NCBI GenBank assembly: GCA_028534125.1
Contig: CM052818.1
Coordinates: 3,474,001 to 3,538,000 of the forward strand
DNA from: Lama glama
Lineage: Eukaryota
Length of the DNA: 64,000 nucleotides
Reading direction: 5' to 3'
In this document: positions 1 through 11,599 of the stretch, in pieces
Layout: each line of letters starts with the position of its first letter
How positions within the stretch are numbered: the stretch's first letter is position 1
The notes under the pieces: generated by a model
What the model was told of the DNA's origin: nothing
What the model saw: only the letters and a program-made list of their open reading frames with translations
The model's database searches: none
Translations under genes and position numbers: made by a program

Positions 1-269
1 GGTTAGTTAACACTATAGGTATTGAGTTTTATTTTCCTTAACTGGAGACTATAGCTAACATTTACATTAGCACTTACCATATGTCAGTCACGATTCTCAG
101 TACGTTAGATAAGCTGTTTTAATCAGTTAATCCTCACAGCAGTTCTGTGGGTTAGATACTTGCATGGAGTATGTGTCAATAAGAATTACTACTGATGATG
201 TAATTTATTAATTTGACAAAATTGTATTAAGCTTCCTATGGTAGATTGTATTTTTCAGAATATTCAGTC

Positions 270-815
270 TTTCATGCTCTTCCAACCCCACCCTCCCTGC
301 ACCAGTCAAGAGATGGCTTCTCTGTCCCTACTCTTTGGACCTGAGTGGACTTCTCAGGCAAGCTTCCATGACAACACAGCAAAAGTAATGCCATATGACA
401 TTTGAGGCTGGATCCCAAAAAATGATACAGTTTCCATCTAGTTCTCTCACTCGGAGCACATGCCTGTGGAGCCCTGAGTGGCCATGTATAGTACAGCTGC
501 CCTGAAGCCACCATGCTGCAGAGATCACGTGGACAGGTCACATGAAGTCAAGGGGAGTTGGAGCAGTCCCAGCTGTTTCAGTCCCAGCAGTTTGAAATTT
601 CCCAGACCTAGTGAAAGACATGCGAACGAAGAAGCCAGACGACTCCAGCATCATCCGTGTCTCATGGCAGCCAGGTGAGAGACCCTGAGGGAGAACCACC
701 AAGCTGAGCCCAGCCAAGCCCTAGACTCATGCGAGAGAACAATAGTAAATGATTGCCACCGTTTCATACTATGAAATTTGGGGTGTTATTTTATGATGTA
801 CTACAGTACCAGCAC
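270..815 (+). mobile_element. MaLR LTR (MLT1-like), decayed
   Basis: MLT1-type motifs GAAGCCACCATGCTG and GAGACCCTGAG...CCAAGCTGAGCCCAGCC, plus a typical 3' end (TTTGGGGTGTTATTTTATG). Confidence 0.7.
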
Positions 816-1564
816 ACTTCCAGATAGAAGTGGGGGTTTAGCTCAAACTTCTGAATCTCCCTCCCCAATACTCATTGAAATGACCCACGGCATGTAGAGG
901 GGGAATTTTTACCCTAACTGGTAAGCTCCTCTCTGATACCCAGCCTGGCTGCTGGCCAGGAAGGAGGTAAGGACAAAAGCCAGCTAACCTTTGGGACAGT
1001 GGCTTAGCAAAACATCAAGAAGAAACCCTTGCAGTGGTGACATTCCTAGCCAGATGGATCTCCTTGCAGTCTTTTCAGGCTGCCTGAAGGTAATCAATCC
1101 TGTAGCCTAAGATATGAAAAGAGTCTAACAGCATCCATACAGACAGGCAGGGAGCCAAGAAGAATTCAGTCATCCTGGTTGGGAACAAATGCAAAGTGTG
1201 GATAAAATTTTAATGTTTAAGGATGAGTAAGCATAAAAATGGATATAAAACCATGAAAAAATCCTGGAACACAGAAAAGAAAACAGCATGTAAGAAGCAG
1301 AAGAAACTACTTTTTCAAATTTTACAATACAAAGCAGAAGTAAGTTTTAAACCATCTCTACTGACTTTGATAGATTGAACAGACCAAAAAATATAGAAGT
1401 AATTGGAATAATATTATTTATGAAGTAGAATGACTAGTTATGGACTGGACTGAACTCCATGTTCTACAGAGAAAGTGGGTTCTTTTCAATCACCTACTGA
1501 GTGCTCACAAAAACTGATAAAATATTTATTTGCAAAGAAAACTTCCTAAAATTCCAAAATAAAA

Positions 1565-1780
1565 ATAGGGTTTGAATCCCAGCTATACCATTTCTTAGCT
1601 ATTGACCTTAAGAAAAGTCACTTATCTTTTCTGTGCCTTAGTTTTCTCATTTGTAGAATGGGGATAATGATGGTACCTACCTTCTAGGAGCTTTGTAATA
1701 ATAATTAGATGACTTATACATACTTTTTTTTGAAGCGTTCTTGGCCCATTGTAAGCTCTATACTAGTGTTAGCTATTTTT
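1565..1780 (+). mobile_element. MIR SINE
   Basis: GGTTTGAATCCCAGCT...CTGTGCCTTAGTTTTCTCATTTGTAGAATGGGGATAATGATGGTACCTACC core. Confidence 0.8.
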
Positions 1781-1909
1781 CTGATCATAATTAATAAAAT
1801 TAAAATTCAATAATAAAACTTTCAACCAATCACTCCCTTCCTCAATCAATAGTGTTTGTTACCACCTGATTATATAAATGCCATGCATGGGGGCTCTTAA
1901 AGAAACTAA

Positions 1910-2410
1910 CTTTGACACTCTCCTTCAAGATATTTCTCCATTGTCTCCTAGGATCCACTAGTACCAAAGAAATATCTGATGTCCGGCTGATTCTTGTTCC
2001 TTTGTAGGTCATCTGGTTTTTCTCACAAGAAAAATTTAAGATTTCCTCTTTCCCATGAAGAATGCATTTGGGGGTGGGACCTGTTTTGCTTGTCCTGGTT
2101 GGCACTCTTCAGTCTGTTCACTATAAAGACTGAAATCTTTTCCAAACTCAGAAACAGTCATCTATATTATATCTCTTTTCCATTATTTCCATCTTTTGTT
2201 CTAGAATTTTTATTTGATGCTGTGGGAATGTTTGACTTTATCCTCCATGTCACTTAACCTTTCTTTCATTGGTTGTTTTTGTTTCATTTTGTGTTTTAGT
2301 CCTTTAGCTCTGAGTTTGAGAGAGTTCTTAGGATTAATCTTAACTAAGTTCATTAATTCCATTTTCAGTTGTGTGTATTCTATTCGGTCCATCTACCATT
2401 TGTTAAAAAT
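1910..2410 (-). mobile_element. Ancient L1/HAL1 ORF1 fragment
   Basis: Minus translation QMTYKGTRISRTSDIS...RRQWRNILK resembles the L1 ORF1p C-terminal region. Confidence 0.65.
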
Positions 2411-3569
2411 GTAGCTTTGATTTTTTATGAAAGTTGCAGATGCACATAGTTTTAATTAAGAGACAAGTAGTTCTACAAGGTTTGTTACAAAAAGAACAAC
2501 AGTTTTCCATCTCCTCTCTCTCCTCCATCTTTCTGCCAGGCAACTAGTGCTGTTTTAGGCACAGACTCACCTAGGTCCACAGAATCTATTGATTCCTGAG
2601 GTTATAGAATAGAGTATCCCAATCACAGGTCACAGCAGTATTTTAGGCTAAAATAAGTCTATGAAAGGTTTGCAAGAGCGATTCTCATGAAGAAAACTTG
2701 TGTTTTCTAATTTGAAAAGATACATGCACCCCCATGTTCATTGCAGCATTATTGAACAAGATATGGAAACAACCTAAGTGTCTAGCACAACCTTTTGATT
2801 AGGGTCCTCTTTTGGTATTGTAATAATCTTTATTCAATGAATGTCATTGGTGTTTGGAAAAACTATTGCCCAATTTATCTCACTTTTAGATATTAGGATC
2901 TCAGAACTTTATATTTGCCTAACAGACAGGCATCATAAGTAATGGTGTTGAGTCTTCTATGAACTCTGTTTCCCATCAGGAGATAGTCTAAATTCTACAG
3001 CAAATGTATCTAAGAAAAACCTGCAGCATTTGCTATTTTCCTTTTTTCATGCCGCAAAAGAGGAAGGTCTTTTTTTCCTTCTTCTCCAACACCTGTTTTG
3101 GTTACCACGAGATCTCAACCAAAAGAGAAAGCTGATTTGACCACAGAGAGGCTCATCATTTGCATTACATTGATACAAACTTTGACGTAGTTTGACAATT
3201 AAATAACAATGTATCTGCAGATCACTGGCTCCATGGACGTGCCAACCCCCATCTTTCACCCTACTCAGAAGTCTGGCAGCTGATGAGGAAAGTATTTTTC
3301 CCTCAAGATTGTTGACCATTTTCTTTAAAATGGCTGTACTTTTCCTGCTGCTGTCCTGTAGATCACATATATGCCTCGTAAAATCAAACCATCATTTTGA
3401 AAATTAGCTCTGGGTCATAGGACTCAACATGGTCTCATTTTGTTTTGCAAATACTCCAGGTGAATGTGGACAGCCCTAATGTGACTGCAGGTAAGTTAGC
3501 CATTACAAAAGCACAGCATCTATAAATAGTACAGGGTGAGAGTTACCATAATAATCCATCTTTTCTATA

Positions 3570-3668
3570 CATTTGACCCTCAGTATCTGCAGGGAATTGG
3601 TTCCAGGACCCCCTATAGATACCAAAATCCATGCATGCTCAAATTCTTTATACAAAATGGCCTAGTAC
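3570..3668 (+). mobile_element. MER2/Tigger-type DNA transposon fragment
   Basis: CCCTCAGTATCTGCAGGGAATTGGTTCCAGGACCCCC...ATACCAAAATCCATGCATGCTCAA matches the MER2 end as I recall it. Confidence 0.7.
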
Positions 3669-3678
3669 AAAATATAAG

Positions 3679-6447
3679 ACTTGGAGTGGCCAAGATGGTG
3701 GAGGAGCATTTGGCTCTGGTAACCAGAGGGGAGTGCCCTGCTGGGATGCATTGGACGTCTCCTACAAAAGTGCACTTCTCCAAGGTCAGGAAACATAACC
3801 AACTTACCAAATACATAGAAATAAAAACAGAAAATTAGGCAAAGTGAGGTGACAGAGAAATATTTCCTAAAGGAACAAGATAAAGCCCCAGAAGAAGACC
3901 TAAGTGAAGTGAAGATAGGCAATCTACCTGATAAAGAGTTCAAGGTAATGATCACAAAGATGTTCAAAGAACTCAGGAGAAGATTGGATGAACAGAGTGA
4001 GAAGTTAATCCAGAGTTAGAAAATATAAAGAATAACTAAACAGAGATGAAGAATGAAATAACAGAAATGAAAAAAACACTAGAAGGAATCAATAGTAGAT
4101 TTAATTATACAGAGGAATGGATCAGCTGGAAGACAGAGTAGTGGAAACCACTGAAACTGAACAGGAAAAAGAATGAAGAATAAAAAGAAATGATGACAGT
4201 TTAAGAGATCTCTGAGACACAACATCAAGCATATTAACATTTACATTATAGAGACCCCAGAGGGAGAAGAGAGAGAAAGAGGTAAAGAACATATTTGAAG
4301 ACATAATGGCTGAAAATGTCTCTAACTTGGGAAAGGAAACAGACATCCAGGTTCAGGAAGCTCAGGGAGTTCCAACCAGGATCAACTCACAGAGGACCAC
4401 ACCAAGACACACTGTAATTAAAATGACAAAAATTAAAGATAAAGAGAGAATATTTAAAGCAGCAAGAGAAAAGCAACAAGTTATGGACAAGAGAACTCCC
4501 ACAAGGCCATAAACTGAATTTTCAGCAGAAACTCTGCAGGCCAGAAGGCAGTGGGATGCTATATTTCAAATGATGAAAGAGAAAAACCCACAACCAAGAA
4601 TATTCTACCCAGCAAGGTTTTCATTCAGCTTTGATGTAGAGATTAAAAGCATTACAGAAAAGCAAAAGCTAAAGGAGTTCAGCACCACCAAACAAGCTAT
4701 ACATGAAATGTTAAAGGGACTTCTTTAAGTGAAAAAGAAAAGGTCACAGCTAGAGACATGAAGATTATAAAAGGAAAGACCTCAGTGGTAAAGGCAAATA
4801 TACAGTAAAGATAGTAAGTCAACCACAGCTAACATCAGACTCAATGAGGAAAAACTGAAAGCATTTCCTCTAAGATCAGGAACAAGACAAAGATGCCCAC
4901 TCTCACCACTTTAATTCAACATAGTATTGGAAGTCCTAGCCACAGCAATCAGATAAGAAAAAAAATAAGGAATCCAAATTGGAAAGGAAGAAGTGAAACT
5001 GTCACTGTTTGCAAATGACATAGAAAATCCTCAAGATGCCACCAAAAGGCTAGCAGAGCTCATCAATGAATTTGGTAAAGTTTCAGGCTACACAATTAAT
5101 ATACAGAAATCTTTTGCACTTATATACACTAACAGTGAAATATTAGAAGGAGAAATTAATGAAACAATTCTGTTTATAATCACATCAAAAAGAATTACAT
5201 ACCTAGGAATAAATCTAACTAAGGAGGTAAAAGACTTGAGAAAGTATAAGACATTGATGAAAGAAATTGAGGATGACACAAACAGATGGAAAGATATACT
5301 GTGTTCTTGGATTGGAAGAATTAACATTGTTAAAATGTCCATACTACCCAAGGCAATATACAGATTCAGTGCAATCTCTATCAAAATAGCAATGGCAGTT
5401 TTGACAGAACCAGAACAAATAATTCTAAAATTTGCATGAAAATACAAAAGACTCCAAATAGCCAAAACAATCTTGAAATAGAAGAACAAAGCTGAAGATA
5501 TTATGCCCCCTGTTTTCAAACTATATGACAAAGCTACTGTCATCAAAACAGTATGGTACTGGCACAAAAGCAGGCACATAGATCAATGGAACTGAATAGA
5601 GAGCCCAGAAATTAACCCACATTATATGGGCAATTAATCCATGACAAAGGAGGCAAGAATATATAATGGGGGAAAGATAACCTCTTCAATAAATGGTGTT
5701 GGGAAAACTGGACAGCAACATGCAAAAGAATCAAATTGCACTACTCTCTCATACCATGCACAAAAATAAATTCAAAATGAATGAAGGACTTAATGTAAAA
5801 ACCTGAAACCATAAAACGTCTACAAGAAAACATAAGCAGTACGCTCCTTGACATTAGTCTTAATAATTTTTTTTGGATATGCCTCCTCATTCAAAGGAAA
5901 CAAAAGCAAAAGTTTTTAAAAATGGGATTACATCAAAGTAAAAAGCTTTTGCACAGTGAAGAAAACTATCAACAAAATGAAGAGGCCACCTACTGAACAG
6001 GGGAAGATATTTGCAAACAGTATAACTGATACGAGATTAACATGCAAAATATTCAAAGAACTAATATAACTCAATATCAATATTTTAAAAAAAGCACCAA
6101 ACAACCCGATTAAAAAATGGGCAGAAGATCTGAGTAGATATTTTTCCAAAGAAGATATACAGATGGCCAACAAGCACATGAAAAGATGCTCAACACAGGT
6201 AATCACCAGGGAAATGCAAATCAAAACCACAATGAGAAATCATCTCACACCTGCCAGAATGGCTATTGTCAAAAAGACAACAAATAATAAGTGTTGGCGA
6301 GGATGTGGAGAAAAAGGAATCCTCATGTACTGTTGGTGAGAATGTCAGTTGGTGCAGCCACTATGGATAATAGTATGGAGATTCCTCAAAAAATTAAAAA
6401 TAGAACTACCATATGATCCAGCAATTCCACTCCTGGGTATTTATTTA
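3679..6447 (+). mobile_element. LINE-1 with shortened 5'UTR, decayed ORF1 and the RT-to-C-terminal part of ORF2
   Basis: CCAAGATGG start; ORF1 peptide MAENVSNLGKETDIQVQEAQ...TTPRHTVIKMTKIKDKERIFKAAREK; ORF2 peptides KLSLFAND and [34 protein letters not shown]. Confidence 0.95.
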
Positions 6448-6604
6448 CCCAGCTAGGTCAGCTGAACACATCTCCATAGATTCAGCCAGTAAGGAGACAA
6501 CAAGCCCATACAGATTTAGGCACTTTGTTATTCACAGCACAGCAGACAGCAGAGGTTCCCTCTTGCTTCCAAATCCCATGGGGGCGATGCAGGGGCAGCC
6601 CAGG

Positions 6605-7104
6605 NNNNNNNNNNNNNNNNNNNNNNNNNNNNNNNNNNNNNNNNNNNNNNNNNNNNNNNNNNNNNNNNNNNNNNNNNNNNNNNNNNNNNNNNNNNNNNNN
6701 NNNNNNNNNNNNNNNNNNNNNNNNNNNNNNNNNNNNNNNNNNNNNNNNNNNNNNNNNNNNNNNNNNNNNNNNNNNNNNNNNNNNNNNNNNNNNNNNNNNN
6801 NNNNNNNNNNNNNNNNNNNNNNNNNNNNNNNNNNNNNNNNNNNNNNNNNNNNNNNNNNNNNNNNNNNNNNNNNNNNNNNNNNNNNNNNNNNNNNNNNNNN
6901 NNNNNNNNNNNNNNNNNNNNNNNNNNNNNNNNNNNNNNNNNNNNNNNNNNNNNNNNNNNNNNNNNNNNNNNNNNNNNNNNNNNNNNNNNNNNNNNNNNNN
7001 NNNNNNNNNNNNNNNNNNNNNNNNNNNNNNNNNNNNNNNNNNNNNNNNNNNNNNNNNNNNNNNNNNNNNNNNNNNNNNNNNNNNNNNNNNNNNNNNNNNN
7101 NNNN
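6605..7104. other. Assembly gap (500 N)
   Basis: Run of exactly 500 N. Confidence 1.
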
Positions 7105-8068
7105 TTTCTAGAAAATCATTCCATGAAAACTTTTCCCAAGTCCAGCCAATTTGAATGTTCAGAGTATTCTTTTCCTCTCTGAAAATAGACACAGAAATCA
7201 TTGGGTACATCTGTAGAAAGGCTGACCCACAAAATGTCCATTATACTTCTATACCTTAGGTACATTTTCCTTCATTAGCTTGCCCAGGAACAAAAGCAAA
7301 TGTCAGTACTTTGGCCTTATCAATTCATAATCCTCCATTTCTATCACAGTAGGATCCCATTGATCACACATGGGATAAAAATAGAAAACTCTGAGATGGT
7401 GCTTTTGCCAGTCTCTCAGATGACTTCCTAAAGAAGAAAGTTTTTTATGGGTGGATGGTATAAGAATTTGAAACGTTAAAAAGGCAGGAAAAGACAGCAG
7501 AATCCGTTTCTCATTGGCATAGAGCCCAGATTGTTCTGCTTATCTGAAATTAAGCCCAAATCCTAAAAATTCTGAATACCTGCTGTCAGCCTCCTGCAAA
7601 TGTTGGCTAGAGTTCTGGCAGAAGTAGGGAACGCGACAGATGTTAGCAAACACCACTTCACCATGGAGCTATTTTCATGTCCTACCAGCAGCTGACTGAA
7701 GTTTGGACAATAGCTCAGGTCGATTCAATAAACACATCTTGGATGCTTTCTTTGTGCTAGGCACAGTGTGAGAAGCACGGTGGAAAGCCAGCTAGGGGAG
7801 TGTGTGAGGGACCCACTGTCCATCCCTCTGGCCCCAAAGTCCTATCAGCTACCTTCAGGGATGTCACAGAGCAAGGAACATTAAGGTGGGTCAGATTCAA
7901 TCCAGCCTCCTGTCTCCCTGGGTACCTTAGTTTGAAGGGAGGTGGAGACCCAAAAGAAGCCTCCCAGCCCACAGTCTGTTTGGTGTTAGGCCGGGGGGCC
8001 AGCTGAGCAAAGGAGACAGATGTACAGAAGTCAGCTCCCATCGAAGGACGAAGTAGGCCAGTGCTTTT

Positions 8069-8206
8069 TTAGCTTGTGCATTTTTGTTTTAGTGGGGGGA
8101 GGTAATTAGGTTTTTCAATTTATTTTTGGAGGAGGTGCTGGGGATTGAACCCAGGACCTCATGCATGCCAAGCATGCACTCTACCACTTGAGCTATATCC
8201 TCCCCC
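8069..8206 (-). mobile_element. tRNA-Ala-derived SINE (camelid vic-1-like)
   Basis: Minus strand GGGGAGGATATAGCTCAAGTGGTAGAGTGCATGC...GGGTTCAATCCCCAGCACCTCC with A and B boxes and an A-rich tail; near-perfect TSD AGG(C/T)CAGTGCTTTT at 8055-8068 and 8210-8223. Confidence 0.85.
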
Positions 8207-8649
8207 AACAGGTCAGTGCTTTTATCTTTTGCAATTTTTTTTGCCTTTGAAAAAACTTTTTTATTATGTATACCAATTGATTGCATAGAAAAAAAGAAAA
8301 TAATACAATAAGTACCATACACCACACACCAGCTTCATCCTATGTTCCTATAAATGTTTCAAATTTTTTAAAAAAGAAATAAAGCAATATCATGCTTGAA
8401 ACTGTTTAATTTCTTCCCAAATCCATTTCCTTCCCTCGCTCTCCATGGGTATCTATTATTCTGAAAGTGGTGTTATCATTTACAGGCATGCTTTTATGCT
8501 ATTTCTATACATGTTGGTATCCACAGAAATATTGTCTGATATTTGCTGTTTTTGAAAACGTATATATTTACATAAATGAAATTAAACTGTTATTTATTTC
8601 TTGGAGATTTGTTTTTTTTCACTCAGTAGTATGTTTTATATTCAACCAT

Positions 8650-8740
8650 CTTTTTTTTTTTTTGAGGGAAAAGATAATTAGGTTTATTTATTTATTTTTA
8701 GAGGAAGTATTGGTACTGGGGATTGAACCCTGGACCTCGA
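8650..8740 (-). mobile_element. 5'-truncated copy of the same SINE
   Basis: T-run, then TAATTAGGTTTATTTATTTATTTTTAGAGG...GGGGATTGAACCC, matching the 8069-8206 copy. Confidence 0.75.
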
Positions 8741-8779
8741 TGCCACGCCATAATTTATCTCCAATCTATAAGCTTCCAG

Positions 8780-9730
8780 GTGTTTTTGTTTGCTACTAAA
8801 AACAATGCTTTTAGATAATTTCCCACTTATCTTTCGTACACATGTGCAAAAGTCCCTCTAGGATGAACACCCACAAGAACTGAATCACTGAGTGGTAATT
8901 TTTGTGCATCTTTAACAGAAAATATCAAACCGTTTCCAAACTTGGACAATGTACAGTCTCAATAACAGTGAATGAGAGTTCTAGCTGCTCCACATCTTCA
9001 TCGACACTTGACGGTTTCTGACATTTTAATTTTGTGCCAATCTGTTAGCTGTGATAAAATATCTTAGTATGGTTTTGTGTTGCATGTCCCTCTTTTTGAA
9101 TGAGGTCAATAATCTTTCTGTGTACTGATTGACAATTCAAGTTTTTGTCCTATTAAATGTCTTGTCATGTCTTTTTGTGCATTTTTCTGTTGTGTTGTTT
9201 TTTTCTGGTTGAAAGTTGATGGTAGAATAGGACTTCTTTGCATATTCTGGATCCTAAACTTTTGTTACTTGAGTTGCAGATATTTTGATTGACTTTGTAG
9301 CTTGCCTTTTTACTCTCTTTATCGTGTCTTTTTAGGAACAAAAGTCATCAATTTTAATGTAATCAAGTTTATCAATTTTGTTTCCTAATAGTTTATTTTT
9401 GTGTGTGGCTCATATAAGGAATCCTTCCCCACCCCAAAAGTCATAAAGCTCTTCTACTCATCTTTTTCTAAATATTTTAAAAACATTTACTCTTCACCTT
9501 TAGGTCCATTCTGAATTGATTTTTATGACTGGTGTAAGGTAAAGGTCTACTTACAATTTTTTCCGTATAGATAACCAAATCTCCCAGTATCATTTACTCT
9601 TTCCCTATAGTTCTATCATATATCAGGTTTCCATATCTGTTGATGAGTTTCTTGTCACTCTATTCTGCCAATGGTCTATTTGTTTATCCATATGTCCACA
9701 ACATATCTTCTTAATTACTACAGCTTTATA
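8780..9730 (-). mobile_element. Ancient L1 (L1ME-like) ORF2 3' region
   Basis: Decayed antisense L1 motifs (GAATGAGAGTT...GCTCCACATC; ATATTCTGGAT; AATTACTACAGCTTTATAAT). Confidence 0.7.
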
Positions 9731-10079
9731 ATTAGGGCAACAATGCTTCAGCTTTACTGTGGTCCAACTTTCATCCCTTTTGGTAGACTGTCATTTTTTA
9801 AACCACATACTATTATTAATAACTGTATTGCAATATGCTGGAATGAGTTTGGTAAACCTCCACTTTGTAATTCAGCTCCTGCCATCTCTAGTGTGTGAGA
9901 TCTATGTGCAGCACACAGAATTTTCACTGTAACTCATGATTAAAGTTGAAATATAACCAGCAATAATCTGTGTCTCTATTTTCCAGCCCTTTTCAGAGGC
10001 AAGGTAGCTATTAACTCCCTTTCAAGAACAACATGCTGGGCACTTACTAATAAAATAAGGCAAAGACAGTGAACTCTTT

Positions 10080-10720
10080 GTGACCTTGAGGGGTGATGGG
10101 AAAAGTATTAGATGTGGTACCCCTGATGACTATCCGGCATACCACACAGCAGTGCCAGGACTGCTAGGCCACCAGTCAGTGGGAAATCTGGGAAATTCTA
10201 GGTTAAATTATGTGAACTACATGCAGGACATAGAGGCAGAACAGTGCTGCAATAGAGTATGTTGAAAATAGACTGGACACGCTTGTCACAGTGGTTTTGT
10301 CATTCATTGTATGGTGATAATTTCAATTATTTATTTATGCTATTGTTTGGTAACACTTTTATATTGTGTAATAAGACCTTTGACAAAAATGAGCACAAAG
10401 GGGAAAAAAAAGAAAGCATATGTTTAATAAAACTTAAATACTTAATTTTAATTTCTCAAGAAAACTGATGATGAATTTATTACTTTCACAAAATGTCAAC
10501 ATTTACCATCCCATGGGGCATGTGGCAATGTCACTGACCACATGAAAACCAGAAGCTATACCTGCTGCAGAAGCATGAGCATCTCATTCAAAAGATGAAA
10601 GTCATACAGAGTATAAGAAGCCTGTGCCTGAAGACAATGATTTTCCATATGCCAGTGAGTTTTGCATAACACTGTGAAACATGACATTTCCTTGAGACTG
10701 AATAACTGGTCTAAATGCAT
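10080..10720 (+). mobile_element. hAT DNA transposon fossil (Blackjack-like) with transposase N-terminal remnant
   Basis: Frameshifted peptides KC..STFTI/HGACGNVTDHMKTR (zinc-finger-like) and HNTVKHDISLRLNN, similar to the hAT motif YHTVKH..SFRS.DC. Confidence 0.55.
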
Positions 10721-11069
10721 TTTTGTATTATAATTTTAAGTACTTTTCTATATAACTAATTTACATAACTATCTATATAGCTAATCTATAAAATTAATCT
10801 GCATATAATTAGATGTATAGACATATATACAGAGAGAGAGATTGAGAATATGCAAGAGTGATTGTCTCTATAAGTGGGGATTAGTAGCATCCTTTATGCT
10901 CATTTTGCTTGCCTATTCTGATTTTTTTCTTGTATTTTATTAATAACAAGTAACAAGAGTAGAAATTTTATTTTGAGAAGGGGAATGACTGAATTCACAA
11001 TATGAAATGAACTATATAGAGTTTATTAAACAGATAAACATAAACTAATAAACACAAACATGTATTCTA

Positions 11070-11535
11070 TTAATGACACCAATTAAGGACTCCTGTCTCC
11101 CTTTGCCTTGTAACTTTGTACTCCCCTGGGCCTCTGACTATGGGTTCGGCCAGATAACTCACCTAGGCCAATGGAATGTTAACAGACACCAACAAGCAGG
11201 GGCTTGAAAAGCACCTGTGCATTTCTGCTTGCTGTCTTGTGAACTGAGCTTGCCCACTTCTGCATCTCTTCCTCAGCCTGAGAACTTGTCTCAGCTAGGA
11301 GGGATGTAAGAGACACGTGGAGAAAAGCAGAGATTATCCTATCCAGACAAAAGCTAGCCAACTCTCACCCTGTGGGAGATCCCAGCCGGGATCAGCAGCT
11401 GATTGCAGACACCTGAGCGAGTCCAGTCCAGACAAGATCAGACAATGGCTCAGCTACCACAGACTTGTGAATGAGAAGAATGAGTCTTCAGGTGGTTTGT
11501 CGTCAACATTACTGTGTCAGTAAAGAACTGATGCA
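11070..11535 (+). mobile_element. MaLR LTR (MLT1-like)
   Basis: GGCCAATGGAATGTT...GGCTTGAAAAGCAC...GAGACACGTGGAG...GGTGGTTTGT...AACTGATGCA. Confidence 0.7.
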
Positions 11536-11599
11536 GCGACAAAGACTAAATAATATGCTCCATGGGGAGGAGAAAAGGAGTGTCTTTAGAATACATTTT

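Noticed and set aside
6413..7210. ORFs of 209-242 aa
   Set aside because: Length is an artefact of reading through the N gap.
7395..7427. ETGKST P-loop-like motif on the minus strand, and faint resemblance of fossil peptides to URGCP- or ZNFX1-like proteins
   Set aside because: The motif is in a different frame from the phase-compatible one and lacks the first Gly; the resemblances cover only a few residues.
8131..8205. tRNA-Ala-like sequence as a real tRNA gene
   Set aside because: Followed by a SINE tail and flanked by a TSD; a second truncated copy lies nearby.
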